In this document: piece by piece, positions 19,585 to 30,542 of the stretch
How the letters are laid out: each line of letters begins with the position of its first letter
Position numbering within the stretch: the stretch's first letter is position 1
Source of the DNA: an uncultured Gammaproteobacteria bacterium
GTDB taxonomy: Bacteria; Pseudomonadota; Gammaproteobacteria; Natronospirales; JAJUFS01
Assembly (NCBI GenBank): GCA_964599565.1
Contig: CAZRFE010000007.1
Location: 1 to 55,859 of the forward strand
Direction: 5' to 3'
Length of the DNA stretch: 55,859 nucleotides
Notes under the pieces: generated by a model
Told to the model about the DNA's origin: nothing
Databases searched by the model: none
What the model saw: only the letters and a program-made list of their open reading frames with translations
Position numbers and translations under genes: made by a program

Positions 19585-20349
19585 TCAGAAGCTGTACTGG
19601 ATGCTGACGGTGGTATAGGTATCGACGTTCTCAAGACCGTCCGGCACTTCACTGTTGCGCTTCAGCGTGTAACTGACGACGAGGTCAAGTTCGCCGATCA
19701 GCTGCGACGTCAGCGCACTGATGGACTCTATATAGGTATTCAAACTGCCTGACTCAACGACAACTTGCTGGGAAAAGTCGGAATTATCGCCAAATTTCCA
19801 TAAATAGTTGCCCGCCAGCCGGCCGATCGTCTCGTGCTGCTCGTTGCCGTCGACCAACTCGCTCTGGCGTGCACCCACACCGATTTCGAGATCGAGCACG
19901 TGCGCTTCACTGTCCAGCAGGCGCCGGCCGTAACCGACCGCTTCCGTGGTCCTCGCGTCGTAGCCGCTGAATTCATCCTGCTCCCAGCTCAGTGAGCCGA
20001 ACAGGTAGTTCCGCTCGCCGATCTTGCGATCTGCCTTGTAGCCGGCACGATAATTCTCTGCCGTGGTCGCAACGTCATTCTCGGAATAAATGCTGGAGGC
20101 GATCACGGCGTGCCGCCAGTCGATCTGCTCCCAGCCGAGTTCGACCTTTCCGTTCAGGTTGGTGGACTCGGTGTTTCCGGATGCGGCGATGTAGCCGAAG
20201 CGCAGCCGGCCGGCGAACGCGTCTTCCGATTCGAGCGGAACGCTTTCTGTATCGAGGGAGTCGAATTCGCCCCAGATGGAATCGGCATGCGCGGGGGCGG
20301 CGGCCAGCAGCGCCACAAACATCGCCAGGCGCTTGCAGGTCAGTTCCAT
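19585..20349 (-). CDS. DUF481/YdiY family outer-membrane beta-barrel
   Basis: Signal peptide (AAAPAHA), G...SGNTES, DEFSGY, GYGRR and terminal QYSF. Confidence 0.85.
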   Translation of the reverse strand: MELTCKRLAMFVALLAAAPAHADSIWGEFDSLDTESVPLESEDAFAGRLRFGYIAASGNTESTNLNGKVELGWEQIDWRHAVIASSIYSENDVATTAENYRAGYKADRKIGERNYLFGSLSWEQDEFSGYDARTTEAVGYGRRLLDSEAHVLDLEIGVGARQSELVDGNEQHETIGRLAGNYLWKFGDNSDFSQQVVVESGSLNTYIESISALTSQLIGELDLVVSYTLKRNSEVPDGLENVDTYTTVSIQYSF

Positions 20350-20436
20350 GGTTGCCTCATTTATAGGTGGAATCGGAGAAGCGGACATGCCGTGAGGTTC
20401 GGTCCGCAATGCGAAGGCGTATTATAAACACTCTGG

Positions 20437-21738
20437 ATGAATGACCTCATGCGCAAATCCCCCGCTGTGCCCGCTTCGGGCCGTGATGACTTTCACGATT
20501 TTCCGCTTGCCGATGCGGATCAGTGCGTGAAATGCGGCCTGTGCCTGCCGCACTGCCCGACATACAAGCTTTCGCAGCACGAAGGCGATTCGCCACGCGG
20601 CCGGATCGCGCTGATGCAGGGACTCGCGCAAGGAATCATCACGCCCGAAGGTGCCGCGTTGCCGCATCTGGACGGTTGCCTCGTCTGCCGCGCCTGCGAG
20701 CCGGTCTGCCCCGCCGACGTACCGTATGGACGCCTGATCGACAAGGGTCGTGAAGGATTGTGGCGTGCGGGCCATCGGCCAGGCTGGATGTGGCGCGTAC
20801 TCGCCTGCTTCCGGCGCACGCCGCGACGCCTTGCATGGCTTGTGCGGCTGCTGCGCCTTGCGTCCGCGAGCGGCGCTGCAATCGTTGCGGCGCGATTGCC
20901 GCTTGGACGCGTTGCGCGCGCTGCGCGCTTTGTCGAACACGCCGGACATCCCCCCTCGCCCGGTTTGCACGCACCACCAACCGGTGCGCGTGACGATGTC
21001 GCACTGTTTCTCGGCTGTGTCGCGCGGTCGCTCGATTCCACCGTGCTGCATGCGGCGGTACGCGTGCTCAATGCCATGCAGTTCAACGTTCATGTTCCCG
21101 ATGACCAGGCGTGCTGCGGCGCAATGGACGCGCACGCCGGCGATGCGTGCAGCACGATGGAACTTGCGCGCGCAAACATGAACGCATTCGATGACGATTT
21201 TCCGGTACTGACCAGTGCAAGCGGCTGCGGCGTGCAATTGAAGGACTACCATGAGCTGGCGGGAAGGCCGGGCGCTCCCGATCCCGAAAGGACGCATGCG
21301 TTTTCCGCACGCGTACACGACGTCATGCATTTCATTGCGGCAAACGCCGATCGCCTGCCACCGCTCGCACCGATGCATGCGCGCGTGGTTGTCCACACGC
21401 CGTGCACGCTCCGGAACGGCATGCGCGAAAGCGGCGCGCTTGATGTGCTGAAACGGATTCCGGCACTCGAAGTTGCATCACTGCGCCATCTCGATTGCTG
21501 TGGCGCCGCGGGAAGCTACCTGTTCGAACACGCGCAGAGCGCGGACCGTCTCGGGGGGAAACTGCTGGATTCGCTCGACGGAAACACACCCGGAATTTTC
21601 GCAACGAGCAACGTCGGCTGCGCACTGCACGTTCGCCGGCTGGCAACGGAGCGCGGTCTCGCCATGACCGTCAGGCATCCGGTCGAACTGCTCGCGGCGT
21701 GTCTTGAAATTCCGAAGACGAAAGCCACGACGTTATAA
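20437..21738 (+). CDS. GlcF-like Fe-S oxidoreductase (2x[4Fe-4S] plus two CCG domains)
   Basis: [34 protein letters not shown] twice and NVGCALH. Confidence 0.85.
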   Translation: MNDLMRKSPAVPASGRDDFHDFPLADADQCVKCGLCLPHCPTYKLSQHEGDSPRGRIALMQGLAQGIITPEGAALPHLDGCLVCRACEPVCPADVPYGRLIDKGREGLWRAGHRPGWMWRVLACFRRTPRRLAWLVRLLRLASASGAAIVAARLPLGRVARAARFVEHAGHPPSPGLHAPPTGARDDVALFLGCVARSLDSTVLHAAVRVLNAMQFNVHVPDDQACCGAMDAHAGDACSTMELARANMNAFDDDFPVLTSASGCGVQLKDYHELAGRPGAPDPERTHAFSARVHDVMHFIAANADRLPPLAPMHARVVVHTPCTLRNGMRESGALDVLKRIPALEVASLRHLDCCGAAGSYLFEHAQSADRLGGKLLDSLDGNTPGIFATSNVGCALHVRRLATERGLAMTVRHPVELLAACLEIPKTKATTL

Positions 21739-21739
21739 T
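21734..21739 (+). promoter_or_regulatory. Perfect -10 box 7 nt before coq7 ATG 21747
   Basis: TATAAT overlapping the upstream stop codon. Confidence 0.5.
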
Positions 21740-21746
21740 GCACGCC

Positions 21747-22391
21747 ATGCGACGTTCACTCACACCACTTGATCAACTGCTCGCGAGCGCGGACAACGCG
21801 CTCCGTACCGTCATCGGCAGTCACGCACATCACGCCGGCCGGCCAAACCCCGCGGGCAATACGGCTGACGGCGTGCAGGATGCCGGCGCGCGGCGCCATG
21901 CTGCGGGGCTCATGCGCGTCAATCATGCCGGCGAGATCGCCGCGCAGGCGCTGTACCAGGGACAGGCGGCCTTCGCGCGGGATGTTCACGTCCGCGATGC
22001 GATGCAGGAAAGCGCGCAGGAAGAAATCGATCACCTTGCCTGGTGCGAGGACCGTCTCGCGGAGCTCGGCAGCTCACCGTCGAAGCTCGCGCCATTCTGG
22101 TATGCAGGATCATTTGCGATCGGTGCGTTCGCAGGTATCGCGGGCGACCGCTGGAGTCTTGGCTTCGTCGCGGAAACCGAGCGGCAGGTGGAATCGCATC
22201 TCGATGGTCATCTCGGGAAGCTTCCCGAGGGTGATGCGCGCAGCCGCGCGATCATCGAGCAGATGAAGGAAGATGAAATCCGCCATGGTGCAAAAGCGGT
22301 TGCCGCCGGTGCGCGCGTACTGCCATGGCCCGTGAGACAGATGATGAAGCTCGCCTCGAAGGTGATGACGACGACCGCCTACTATCTCTAG
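21747..22391 (+). CDS. coq7: Di-iron demethoxyubiquinone hydroxylase Coq7
   Basis: LMRVNHAGE...[21 protein letters not shown] and DEIRHG. Alternative start at 21738. Confidence 0.95.
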   Translation: MRRSLTPLDQLLASADNALRTVIGSHAHHAGRPNPAGNTADGVQDAGARRHAAGLMRVNHAGEIAAQALYQGQAAFARDVHVRDAMQESAQEEIDHLAWCEDRLAELGSSPSKLAPFWYAGSFAIGAFAGIAGDRWSLGFVAETERQVESHLDGHLGKLPEGDARSRAIIEQMKEDEIRHGAKAVAAGARVLPWPVRQMMKLASKVMTTTAYYL

Positions 22392-22398
22392 TGGCCGG

Positions 22399-23232
22399 TC
22401 ACTCGCCTTCGATTTCCCCGCGCTCGCCCCGCTTCATGTTGCGCCCGTAGAAGATCTCGAACATCTCGCGTTCCACGCGATCGCTGATCTCCGCCTGCTC
22501 ATCCGCGGCCAGTTCATCCACGCCGGTACCGAACAGGTAATTGTCGAGATCGAACTCCTTGAGAATCATCTTGGTGTGGAAGATGTTCTCCTGGTAGACG
22601 TTCACGTCCACCATCCGGTAGGTCTCGCGCGTGTCATCGGAGAGGAAGTTCTGGATGGAATCGATGTTGTGATCGATGAACAGCTTGTCGCCGTTCACAT
22701 CGCGCGTGAAGCCGCGCACGCGGTAATCGACGGTGACGATGTCCGACTCGAGCGCGTGGATCAGGTAGTTCAGCGCCTTGAGCGGCGAAATCTTTCCGCA
22801 TGTCGAGACATCGATGTCCGCGCGGAACGTCGAAATGCCGTTGTCGGGATGCATCTCGGGATACGTGTGCACGGTGATGTGCGACTTGTCGAGGTGCGCG
22901 ACCACGGCGTCGGGCAGCGGACCGGGCGACTCGATGAGCGCGTCCTTCACTTCCTGCTGCGGAAGAACGGGCTCCTCGGAAATCAGCATGGTGACCGATG
23001 CGCCCTGCGGATCGTAATCCTGATGCGCGATGTTGAGGATGTTCGCACCGATGATGTTCGAGACGTCGGTGAGGATCTGCGTCAGCCGCTCCGCGTTGTA
23101 GACCTCATCGATGTACTCGATGTACTCCTTCTGGTGCTTCTCGGTCTTCGCATAGCAGATGTCGTAGATGTTGAAGCTCAGGGTCTTGGTAAGGTTGTTG
23201 AAGCCCTGAAGTTTCAGCTTCTTTTCCGCCAT
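22399..23232 (-). CDS. speD: S-adenosylmethionine decarboxylase proenzyme
   Basis: [21 protein letters not shown] and STCG. Confidence 0.97.
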   Translation of the reverse strand: MAEKKLKLQGFNNLTKTLSFNIYDICYAKTEKHQKEYIEYIDEVYNAERLTQILTDVSNIIGANILNIAHQDYDPQGASVTMLISEEPVLPQQEVKDALIESPGPLPDAVVAHLDKSHITVHTYPEMHPDNGISTFRADIDVSTCGKISPLKALNYLIHALESDIVTVDYRVRGFTRDVNGDKLFIDHNIDSIQNFLSDDTRETYRMVDVNVYQENIFHTKMILKEFDLDNYLFGTGVDELAADEQAEISDRVEREMFEIFYGRNMKRGERGEIEGE

Positions 23233-23410
23233 CTGAAGCTCCGGCCGCAGTGCGGCAATGTCGTTGATCCCGGGCCCGGGAAGGAAAGCCGCGGATTATC
23301 CTCCATTTGGCCGGATACTGAACACCCTTGACCCGGACAGCCTTGCCTTCGACCGAGCCATGGTTTACAAGGTCTCCTTGACGCAAGCTCCCGGCCTTAC
23401 GGATAAGTGC

Positions 23411-24103
23411 ATGAACGACAAAGAAAAATCTTTCAAGCCGTTCCAGAACCCGCCGATCGACCGGTTCCTCGCGGTCTGTCATGTCCGGCAGGTGCCGAGC
23501 AAGACGGTGGTCATCCACGCCGGCGATGTCCCGGATACCTTGTACTTTCTTGTCGAGGGGTCGGTTGCCGTCGTGATCGAGGACGAGGACGGCAACGAGA
23601 TCGTCGTCACCTATCTCAACCGCGGCGAGTTCTTCGGCGAGATGGGCATGTTCCTCGAGGACTCCAAGCGTTCCGCGTGGGTGCGCACGCGCACCGAATG
23701 CAAGCTTGCGGAAATTCATTACGACAAGTTCAAGCGGCTCGCGCACGATGACCCGGATCTGCTCTTCGAGCTTTCCGCGCAGCTTGCAACGCGGCTTGGC
23801 CGCACCACGCGAAAGGTCGGCGACCTTGCGTTCCTGGACGTGACGGGCCGCATCTCGCGCGTGCTGCTCGACCTTTGCAAGGAGCCGGACGCGATGACGC
23901 ATCCCGATGGCATGCAGATCCGCATCAGCCGCCAGGAACTCGGTCGCATCGTCGGCTGCTCGCGCGAGATGGCCGGCCGCGTGCTGAAGGCGCTGGAAGA
24001 AGGCGGTCACATCAATGTTTCGGGCAAGACCATCGTCGTGCTCGGCGCAACGCCGCGCGGCGACGAGGATTCGGAAATGACCGCGGGACTTGCGTTCAAG
24101 TAA
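23411..24103 (+). CDS. crp: cAMP receptor protein (CRP/Vfr/Clp family)
   Basis: GEFFGEMG, RSAWVR, LAFLDVTGR and HTH RQELGRIVGCSREMAGRVLK. Confidence 0.95.
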   Translation: MNDKEKSFKPFQNPPIDRFLAVCHVRQVPSKTVVIHAGDVPDTLYFLVEGSVAVVIEDEDGNEIVVTYLNRGEFFGEMGMFLEDSKRSAWVRTRTECKLAEIHYDKFKRLAHDDPDLLFELSAQLATRLGRTTRKVGDLAFLDVTGRISRVLLDLCKEPDAMTHPDGMQIRISRQELGRIVGCSREMAGRVLKALEEGGHINVSGKTIVVLGATPRGDEDSEMTAGLAFK

Positions 24104-24122
24104 CGGCGCGCACCGCAGAAAC

Positions 24123-24152
24123 AAAAGGGAGAAGGCAGGCCTTCTCCCTTTT
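24123..24152. terminator. Bidirectional intrinsic terminator
   Basis: AAAAGGGAGAAGG/CCTTCTCCCTTTT between convergent crp and trpG. Confidence 0.85.
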
Positions 24153-24159
24153 CTTGTTT

Positions 24160-24741
24160 CTACGTCCGGTCCATGAAGTTCTTCAGCAGCGCGTGTCCGT
24201 GCTGCGTGAGTATCGATTCGGGATGGAACTGCACGCCTTCCACCGGATGCTCGCGATGGCGCACGCCCATGATCTCCTCGATGCCGCCATCCGCGTTCTC
24301 CGTCCACGCCGTCAGTTCGAGACAATCCGGCAGCGTTTCCTTTTCGATCACGAGCGAATGGTATCGCGTGACTTCGTATGGCGACGGCAGCGACTGGAAT
24401 ACGCCCATGCCATCGTGATGCAGGAAGGATGTCTTGCCGTGCATCACGTGTCCCGCGTGCACGACACTGCCGCCGTAAGCCTGGCCGATCGCCTGGTGAC
24501 CCAGGCAGACACCGAGCAGTGGAATGCTCGCGCCGCAGCGCTCGATCAGCGCCAGTGAAATGCCCGCTTCGTTCGGCGTGCAGGGCCCGGGCGAAATCAC
24601 GATGTGCGAAGGCTGCAGCGCTTCTACCTCCGCGACGCTGATCTCGTCGTTGCGCTTCACGAGAACTTCCGCGCCCAGCTCACAGAGATACTGGACAAGG
24701 TTGAACGTGAACGAATCGTAGTTGTCGATCATCAGGATCAT
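24160..24741 (-). CDS. trpG: Anthranilate/aminodeoxychorismate synthase glutamine amidotransferase component II
   Basis: [25 protein letters not shown] and GVQFHPES. Could function as PabA. Confidence 0.9.
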   Translation of the reverse strand: MILMIDNYDSFTFNLVQYLCELGAEVLVKRNDEISVAEVEALQPSHIVISPGPCTPNEAGISLALIERCGASIPLLGVCLGHQAIGQAYGGSVVHAGHVMHGKTSFLHHDGMGVFQSLPSPYEVTRYHSLVIEKETLPDCLELTAWTENADGGIEEIMGVRHREHPVEGVQFHPESILTQHGHALLKNFMDRT

Positions 24742-25415
24742 GTGGCGCTCGCGGTATCGAAGTGCGCGCGAAGATCATGCAGCGAATCGATGACCAGCGC
24801 CGCGCCAAGCGCGCGTACATCGCGACCCTGGTTGTAGCCATACGTCACGCACGCGCAATCGATTCCCGCGGCGCGTGCTGCGGCGATGTCATTGATCGAA
24901 TCGCCGACCATCAGCGCCTCGCGCGCCGTCACGCCGAAATGCCGCAGGCATTCACGCAGCGGCAGCGGGTCGGGTTTCCTTGCGGGAAGACTGTCGCCAC
25001 CGAGCACGAGATCGAACAACGCACGCAACTCGAGCGCGTGCAGCAGGATCTGCGTATGTTCCAGCGGCTTGTTCGTCACGCAGGCGAGACGGCACCCTTG
25101 TGTGCGCAGCCACTGCAGTGTCTCTTCTGCGCCATCGTAGACGCGGCTCGCCTCGCACGCGTGCTCCGCGTAACGGTGCAGGAAACGCTCCAGCAGTTCG
25201 TCTGCCTTGCGGGGATCGGCGGTATCGCGATCGCTGCGTGCGATCGCGCGGCCGCACAGCACGCGTGCGCCGTTGCCGACCCAGCGCCGCGTTTCGGCTT
25301 CCGTGACGGCCGGCAGTACGACGTCCGCGAGCGCTGCGTTCAGCGCAACCGCGATGTCGGGAACGGTATCGACGAGCGTGCCGTCGAGATCGAAGATGAC
25401 AAGTTTCGCCAGCAA
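24738..25415 (-). CDS. gph: Phosphoglycolate phosphatase (HAD)
   Basis: [18 protein letters not shown] and MVGDS. Confidence 0.9.
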   Translation of the reverse strand: MLAKLVIFDLDGTLVDTVPDIAVALNAALADVVLPAVTEAETRRWVGNGARVLCGRAIARSDRDTADPRKADELLERFLHRYAEHACEASRVYDGAEETLQWLRTQGCRLACVTNKPLEHTQILLHALELRALFDLVLGGDSLPARKPDPLPLRECLRHFGVTAREALMVGDSINDIAAARAAGIDCACVTYGYNQGRDVRALGAALVIDSLHDLRAHFDTASAT

Positions 25416-25431
25416 GGTCTGTGGATCGTCT

Positions 25432-26106
25432 TCAGCCGCGCGCCTTCTTCAGTTCATCGCGCATGCGGCGAATGACGTCCGCGTAATCCTTCGCACCGAA
25501 TATTGCTGAGCCCGCCACGAACGTATCCGCGCCCGCAGCCGCGATCTCGCGGATGTTGTCCACCTTCACGCCACCATCGATTTCAAGGCGGATGTCGCGA
25601 CCGGACTGGTCGATGAGCCGGCGCGCGGTCTTCAGCTTGTTCAGCGCCTCGGGGATGAAGCTCTGCCCGCCGAAGCCCGGGTTCACCGACATGATCAGCA
25701 CCATGTCGACCTTGTCGAGCACGTGATGCAGATGCGAGAGCGGTGTTGCGGGGTTGAACACGAGACCCGCCTTGCAGCCCGATTCACGGATGAGTCCGAG
25801 CGTGCGGTCGATGTGCTCCGATGCTTCCGGATGAAAGGTGATGTAGCTTGCGCCCGCCTTCGCAAAATCCGGGATGATGCGGTCCACGGGCTTGACCATC
25901 AGGTGCACGTCGATCGGCGCTGTCACGCCATGCTTTCTCAACGCCTCGCAGACCAGCGGACCGATGGTGAGATTCGGCACGTAATGGTTGTCCATCACGT
26001 CGAAGTGCACGATGTCCGCACCCGCGGCGAGCACGGCGTCGACTTCCTCGCCGAGGCGGGCGAAATTCGCACTGAGAATCGAGGGAGCGATGAGATCGGC
26101 GGCCAT
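25432..26106 (-). CDS. rpe: Ribulose-phosphate 3-epimerase
   Basis: [22 protein letters not shown] and EIDGG. Confidence 0.97.
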   Translation of the reverse strand: MAADLIAPSILSANFARLGEEVDAVLAAGADIVHFDVMDNHYVPNLTIGPLVCEALRKHGVTAPIDVHLMVKPVDRIIPDFAKAGASYITFHPEASEHIDRTLGLIRESGCKAGLVFNPATPLSHLHHVLDKVDMVLIMSVNPGFGGQSFIPEALNKLKTARRLIDQSGRDIRLEIDGGVKVDNIREIAAAGADTFVAGSAIFGAKDYADVIRRMRDELKKARG

Positions 26107-26142
26107 GGCGTCTCCGGTCGGCAGCAGGTGAAAGCGGCGGGA

Positions 26143-26151
26143 ATTATAGCA
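26143..26151 (-). promoter_or_regulatory. Extended -10 promoter of rpe-gph-trpG
   Basis: Perfect TG-c-TATAAT on the minus strand, upstream of the GGAG RBS. Confidence 0.7.
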
Positions 26152-26294
26152 CCGGGATCGCGCGGTTCACCGGCCGCTGCTAAGCTCCGCGCCGGACTGG
26201 ACAGGAATGCATGGTGATGAAGAAAAGCCCGTTTCTCCGGTGTTGTTCGCGATTGAAATCGCCGCCGCATCGTGACGTTCGCGCCGGTCGGTGA

Positions 26295-26972
26295 ATGAAG
26301 CTTCCACTCGCACGAGCCCTGCGGCGCGCCCTTGCCGATCATTCGGATGAAGACGTCGCCGCCGGCCAGTTCGCGTACATGAAAGGCATCCAGCCTTTCC
26401 GCGGCGTGAAGACTCCACAACGCCGTGCGCTGCTGCGCGAATGCCTCGCGACGTACCCGATCGACGATTTCGATTCATACACGGCAAGCGTGCGCGAACT
26501 CTGGAACGGAAGATTCCGCGAGGAACGCTATCTTGCGCTGGATCTTGCTGCGCGCGTGAAACGGTTTCGCACCGGTGCGCTGCCGCTTTTCGAGGGCATG
26601 CTTGTGCAGGCGGACTGGTGGGACGTGCTTGATGCGCTCGCCGCGGATCTTCTCGGCGGAGCGCTGCGCGAGAAGCGGAACCGGCTTGCGCAAAAGGCCA
26701 GGCAGTGGCGGCGGAGCGATCACCTGTGGACACGCCGCGCCGCACTGCTCGTACAGCTCAAGTACAGGAATGAAACGGACGCAGAGCTGTTGTTTGAAAC
26801 CGTATTGAAACTCGGCGCAGAAACGGATTTCTTCATTCGCAAGGCGATCGGCTGGGCGCTGCGGGAATACGCGAAAACCGATCCGCTGCGCGTCCGGCAT
26901 TTCGTGCAGGAACATGGCAGGCAGCTTTCGCCGTTGAGCCGGCGCGAAGCGCTCAGGCGACTGTCCCGCTGA
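26295..26972 (+). CDS. AlkD-like HEAT-repeat DNA alkylation repair protein
   Basis: AYMKG...F.GV.TP.RR, WWDVLD, LWTRR, FFIRKAIGWALREY and LSRREA. Confidence 0.88.
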   Translation: MKLPLARALRRALADHSDEDVAAGQFAYMKGIQPFRGVKTPQRRALLRECLATYPIDDFDSYTASVRELWNGRFREERYLALDLAARVKRFRTGALPLFEGMLVQADWWDVLDALAADLLGGALREKRNRLAQKARQWRRSDHLWTRRAALLVQLKYRNETDAELLFETVLKLGAETDFFIRKAIGWALREYAKTDPLRVRHFVQEHGRQLSPLSRREALRRLSR

Positions 26973-26981
26973 CATCGCCTG

Positions 26982-27803
26982 TCATTTCATGCCGCGCGCC
27001 TCGCGAATCTGCTCGTACGCGGCAAGAATCTCGCGCGTCTTTTCTTCCGCAACCTCGCGCATGTCGTCGGGCAGTCCTTTTGCTGCAAGCTTGTCGGGAT
27101 GATGCCGGCTCATCATGCGCCGGTATGCTTTCTTGATCTCCGCGTCGCTCGCCTCGCGCGTCACGCCAAGCAGCGCATAGGCGTCATCCAGGTTTTCCCG
27201 GGCAGGCGTGCGCGGCGCGCCGCCCGCGCGACCGTACCCCGCACCGCTTCCCGGTGCGCGACGGCGTGCGGCGATGATCAAGGCTTCAAGCTGGCGGAGT
27301 TCCCACGGCGGAACGCCGAGATGTCTCGCCACCCTTTCCAGCACGAGGCGTTCGGCATCGCCGATGGCGCCGTCGGCGAGCGCGGCCTGCAGCTGTATCT
27401 CGATGAAGATGCGATGCAGGTCGCGCCGGTAGCGGCAGGTGCGCACGAAGTTTCGCATGACGTCATCCAGCGGGAAGTCCGCACGCTTGCCGTCATTGAA
27501 CAGGTGCATCGCCGCTTCCGTGCGCGCCGGGGAAAGGTGCAGGTGACCCATGATCGCGCGCGCCACGCGTATCTCGTTTTCCGACACGCGCCCGTCGGAT
27601 TTCGCGACATGCCCCATCACGCTGAACGTCGTCTCGAAGAACGCCTTCTGCACCTCCACGGCATCCGCGCCGATGAAACCGCCGCCGCGCCGGTCGAACA
27701 GGAAATGCCCGATGACCATGCCGAGCAGCGCACCGAACAGGCTGCGCGTGAACAGCATGCCGAGAATGAAACCTGCGATCTTTCCCCAGCCCATGGTGAT
27801 CAT
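26982..27803 (-). CDS. djlA: Co-chaperone DjlA
   Basis: N-terminal TM segment, TerB-like [12 protein letters not shown] and C-terminal J domain HHPDKL. Alternative start at 27794. Confidence 0.93.
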   Translation of the reverse strand: MITMGWGKIAGFILGMLFTRSLFGALLGMVIGHFLFDRRGGGFIGADAVEVQKAFFETTFSVMGHVAKSDGRVSENEIRVARAIMGHLHLSPARTEAAMHLFNDGKRADFPLDDVMRNFVRTCRYRRDLHRIFIEIQLQAALADGAIGDAERLVLERVARHLGVPPWELRQLEALIIAARRRAPGSGAGYGRAGGAPRTPARENLDDAYALLGVTREASDAEIKKAYRRMMSRHHPDKLAAKGLPDDMREVAEEKTREILAAYEQIREARGMK

Positions 27804-27806
27804 CCG

Positions 27807-29105
27807 TTACTCGAAGGTTCCGCGCACGAACACGGTGAGCGCGAGCGGGTCGCCATCATAAAGGCTCTCGAGTTCGCGGGGGAGGAAGGCCTGGCTTGCG
27901 ATGAAGCCTGCGCCGAGCCTGCCCCTGTCGCTGATGATGAAATCGTGGAGATAGCCGGCGGACAGCTTGCCGACACCGAATACCGGCATGGCATGCGCAT
28001 GCCCTGGCGCGGGAACGTCATGATGGTCCTCGATGAGTTCGTCCTTCTCCACGCGCTCGGCGCGCACGAGCAGCGTGTGGCGCATCGCGAACCGGTACGC
28101 GGACTCGACGATGAACGCATCGAGCGTGTTTCCCGGCTCGTTGATGTTGCGGCCCCATGCAAGCAGCGTCTGCCAGTCGCCCGATGCAGTCGATGCGTGA
28201 TGAATCGCGGAGGCCGTGTAGCGGCGCGTGTCGATCTCTGGCGCGAGCGCTTCCGGGCTTTCGAGCCGTCCTGCGCTCACCTGGAACGACCAGCGTTCGC
28301 TCGGGTTCCAGCTCGCGCGCATCGCGTACGAGTCCGGCGTTCCCGTTTCGATGTTCCAGCGATGCTGGTCAGGTTCGCGGCCGCGGAAGGCCGACGCCTC
28401 GAACTTGAAATCACCGCGCACGTAACCTGCGGTGAACACGCCGAAGGTGATGTGCGTGCTGTCCAGCCAGTGATGCGAGATCGGGCTGTCGGGAAACTCC
28501 ACGCCCGAGAAGCGATGCATGAACGCCGGAGGGCCGAGCGCGGGCTCGCCCGGCAGGCCGGCGTAGACGAACGCGGACGAGTCGTCGTCCAGCGCATGGC
28601 TGTATGTCGCGGCGAGTTCCATGAGCGCGTCGTGCGGATGCTGTCGGTCAAGCAAATGCGTCTCGCCGTCCGCTGTCTCGCCCGTCTGCAGCAGCGACGG
28701 GTAGCCTTCGGTGCCGATGGTTTCCGGCTCGAGCGAGACCATGCCGCGCAGGCCGAGCACGCCATCGCCAAGCGAGCGGTTCCCCATGGCCATGAACATG
28801 TTGCTGGCGTAGAAATCCGAATCGCCGCGCGGGCCCTGCTGGTCGGTGTACGCAAGCTGCACAAAGCCGTGCAGCATCCCCTGCCATGCGCCGGCGCTGA
28901 ACATCCGGCCTGCATGCGGTGCGGCGTCGGGCTGCCAGCTCGTGCCGGACGCTTCGCGGCTCATGGCGTGCGCGCCGTAGAACGCGCGCATGGCGTGTTC
29001 ATCGTGCGCCGCCTCCCCGTGCATGGAGTGACCGGTGTGTTCTTCGGCGGAAAATGCCGCGGGCGTTGCGAGCAATGCGGGAATCGCAAGAAAAATTGCT
29101 TTCAT
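27807..29105 (-). CDS. Uncharacterised exported beta-barrel-like protein with His/Met-rich segments
   Basis: Signal peptide MKAIFLAIPALLATPAAFS, HTGHSMHGEAAHDEHAM, DRQHPHD, FMHR, HHWLDSTH, HHDVPAPGHAHAM, and amphipathic strands ending TVFVRGTFE. GAGG RBS. Confidence 0.75.
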   Translation of the reverse strand: MKAIFLAIPALLATPAAFSAEEHTGHSMHGEAAHDEHAMRAFYGAHAMSREASGTSWQPDAAPHAGRMFSAGAWQGMLHGFVQLAYTDQQGPRGDSDFYASNMFMAMGNRSLGDGVLGLRGMVSLEPETIGTEGYPSLLQTGETADGETHLLDRQHPHDALMELAATYSHALDDDSSAFVYAGLPGEPALGPPAFMHRFSGVEFPDSPISHHWLDSTHITFGVFTAGYVRGDFKFEASAFRGREPDQHRWNIETGTPDSYAMRASWNPSERWSFQVSAGRLESPEALAPEIDTRRYTASAIHHASTASGDWQTLLAWGRNINEPGNTLDAFIVESAYRFAMRHTLLVRAERVEKDELIEDHHDVPAPGHAHAMPVFGVGKLSAGYLHDFIISDRGRLGAGFIASQAFLPRELESLYDGDPLALTVFVRGTFE

Positions 29106-29177
29106 GTCGGTACCTCGAATGTCGTCTGCCACACGCCGTGCAATGCGGCGTGAACAATGTGTCATCGCGAGGCAGCG

Positions 29178-29528
29178 CTATTCGAGCAGGCGGCAGTATC
29201 GATGCCGCGCGGGCCGCTCGTGCGGCGCGGCGGGAAGCGGCGGCGCATGCTGCGCGCGAGCAACGCGCACAGCGGCGGCGGGATGACTCGCCGGCAACGC
29301 CGGCTGCCAGTCGGGCGACGTGTCGTGCGCGGCAATCGCATCCGCGGGAACATCGCAGGCCTGTGCGGCAACGACCGGTTCGCAGTGCGGGCAATCGTGG
29401 TTGCCGTGGCCGGCATCCGGAGCGGCCATGAGGCAGGGCGCGATGCCGAACATCAGCCACGCGGCGACGGCGGCCGTGGCGGTCGCGGCGCGGAAGCGGC
29501 GGAGTGTCAGGCGAATCTCGTGCAGCAT
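29178..29528 (-). CDS. Small DUF2946/CopL-like exported protein with CxxC and a Pro-rich C-terminus (116 aa)
   Basis: Internal ATG of the 29178..30248 ORF. Basic then hydrophobic N-terminus, HGNHDCPHC, and C-terminal [23 protein letters not shown]. Ends 72 nt before the barrel gene. Confidence 0.7.
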   Translation of the reverse strand: MLHEIRLTLRRFRAATATAAVAAWLMFGIAPCLMAAPDAGHGNHDCPHCEPVVAAQACDVPADAIAAHDTSPDWQPALPASHPAAAVRVARAQHAPPLPAAPHERPARHRYCRLLE

Positions 29529-29657
29529 GAGCAAGGGGATGTTCCGGGGAGCGGCAACGCTACGCGCACTCGCCGCGTGCCGCAAGCGATGCTGGACTCG
29601 ACGCAGCGATTTCCCCAAGATACGCGCCTTCGCATCTTCAAGACCGTCGAGGTTTCC

Positions 29658-30542
29658 GTGGTCGACGCCCTGTTCCAGTCCAACCTTCACAGCGTGGAAT
29701 TGATTCACCGCGGCAAGGTGCGCGATGTGTATCGCATCGATGCGGAGCGGCTGCTGGTCGTCGCCTCGGACCGGTTGTCCGCGTTCGACGTGATCCTGCC
29801 CGATCCGATTCCCGGCAAGGGCCGCATTCTCACGCAGGTGTCGAATTTCTGGTTCGACAAGACAGACCACATCATCCCGAACCACCTGCTCGGCACGCCG
29901 CTCACCGACGTGCTCACCGCGGCGGAAGCCGCCGAAGTCGAAGGCCGCGCGGTGATCGTGCGCAGCCTGAACGCGCTGCCCGTCGAAGCCGTCGTGCGCG
30001 GCTACATCATCGGTTCGGGATGGAAGGAGTACGAGCGCGACGGCGCGGTGTGCGGCATTGAACTGCCGCCGGGATTGCAGCTTGCCGACAGGCTGCCGGA
30101 AGCGATCTTCACGCCCGCCACCAAGGCCGCCGTCGGCGATCACGATGAAAACATTTCCTTCGGGAAAGTGGTCGAGCTGATCGGGCGCGACCTCGCGGAA
30201 CAGGTGCGTGATGCAACGCTTGAGATCTACGCGTTCGCATCGAAGCATGCGCGCGAGCGCGGCATCATCATCGCCGACACGAAGTTCGAGTTCGGCACGG
30301 ACAGCAACGGCAGGCTCTACATCATCGATGAAATGCTGACGCCGGACTCCTCGCGCTTCTGGCCGGCGGACACGTACCGTCCCGGCATTTCACCGCCGAG
30401 CTTCGACAAGCAGTTCGTGCGCGATTACCTCGAGACGCTCGACTGGAACAAGACCGCGCCAGGTCCGCGCGTGCCGGAAGAAATCCGCACGCGGACCGCT
30501 GCAAAATACCAGGAAGCGTTCGACCGGCTGACGCGCGCGTGA
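29658..30542 (+). CDS. purC: SAICAR synthetase
   Basis: [31 protein letters not shown] and [12 protein letters not shown] start after GAGG. Confidence 0.97.
   Translation: MVDALFQSNLHSVELIHRGKVRDVYRIDAERLLVVASDRLSAFDVILPDPIPGKGRILTQVSNFWFDKTDHIIPNHLLGTPLTDVLTAAEAAEVEGRAVIVRSLNALPVEAVVRGYIIGSGWKEYERDGAVCGIELPPGLQLADRLPEAIFTPATKAAVGDHDENISFGKVVELIGRDLAEQVRDATLEIYAFASKHARERGIIIADTKFEFGTDSNGRLYIIDEMLTPDSSRFWPADTYRPGISPPSFDKQFVRDYLETLDWNKTAPGPRVPEEIRTRTAAKYQEAFDRLTRA

Noticed and set aside
29157-29657. N-terminal extension on PurC
   Set aside because: It is antisense to the CxxC small gene. PurC similarity starts at GTG 29658, which has an RBS.
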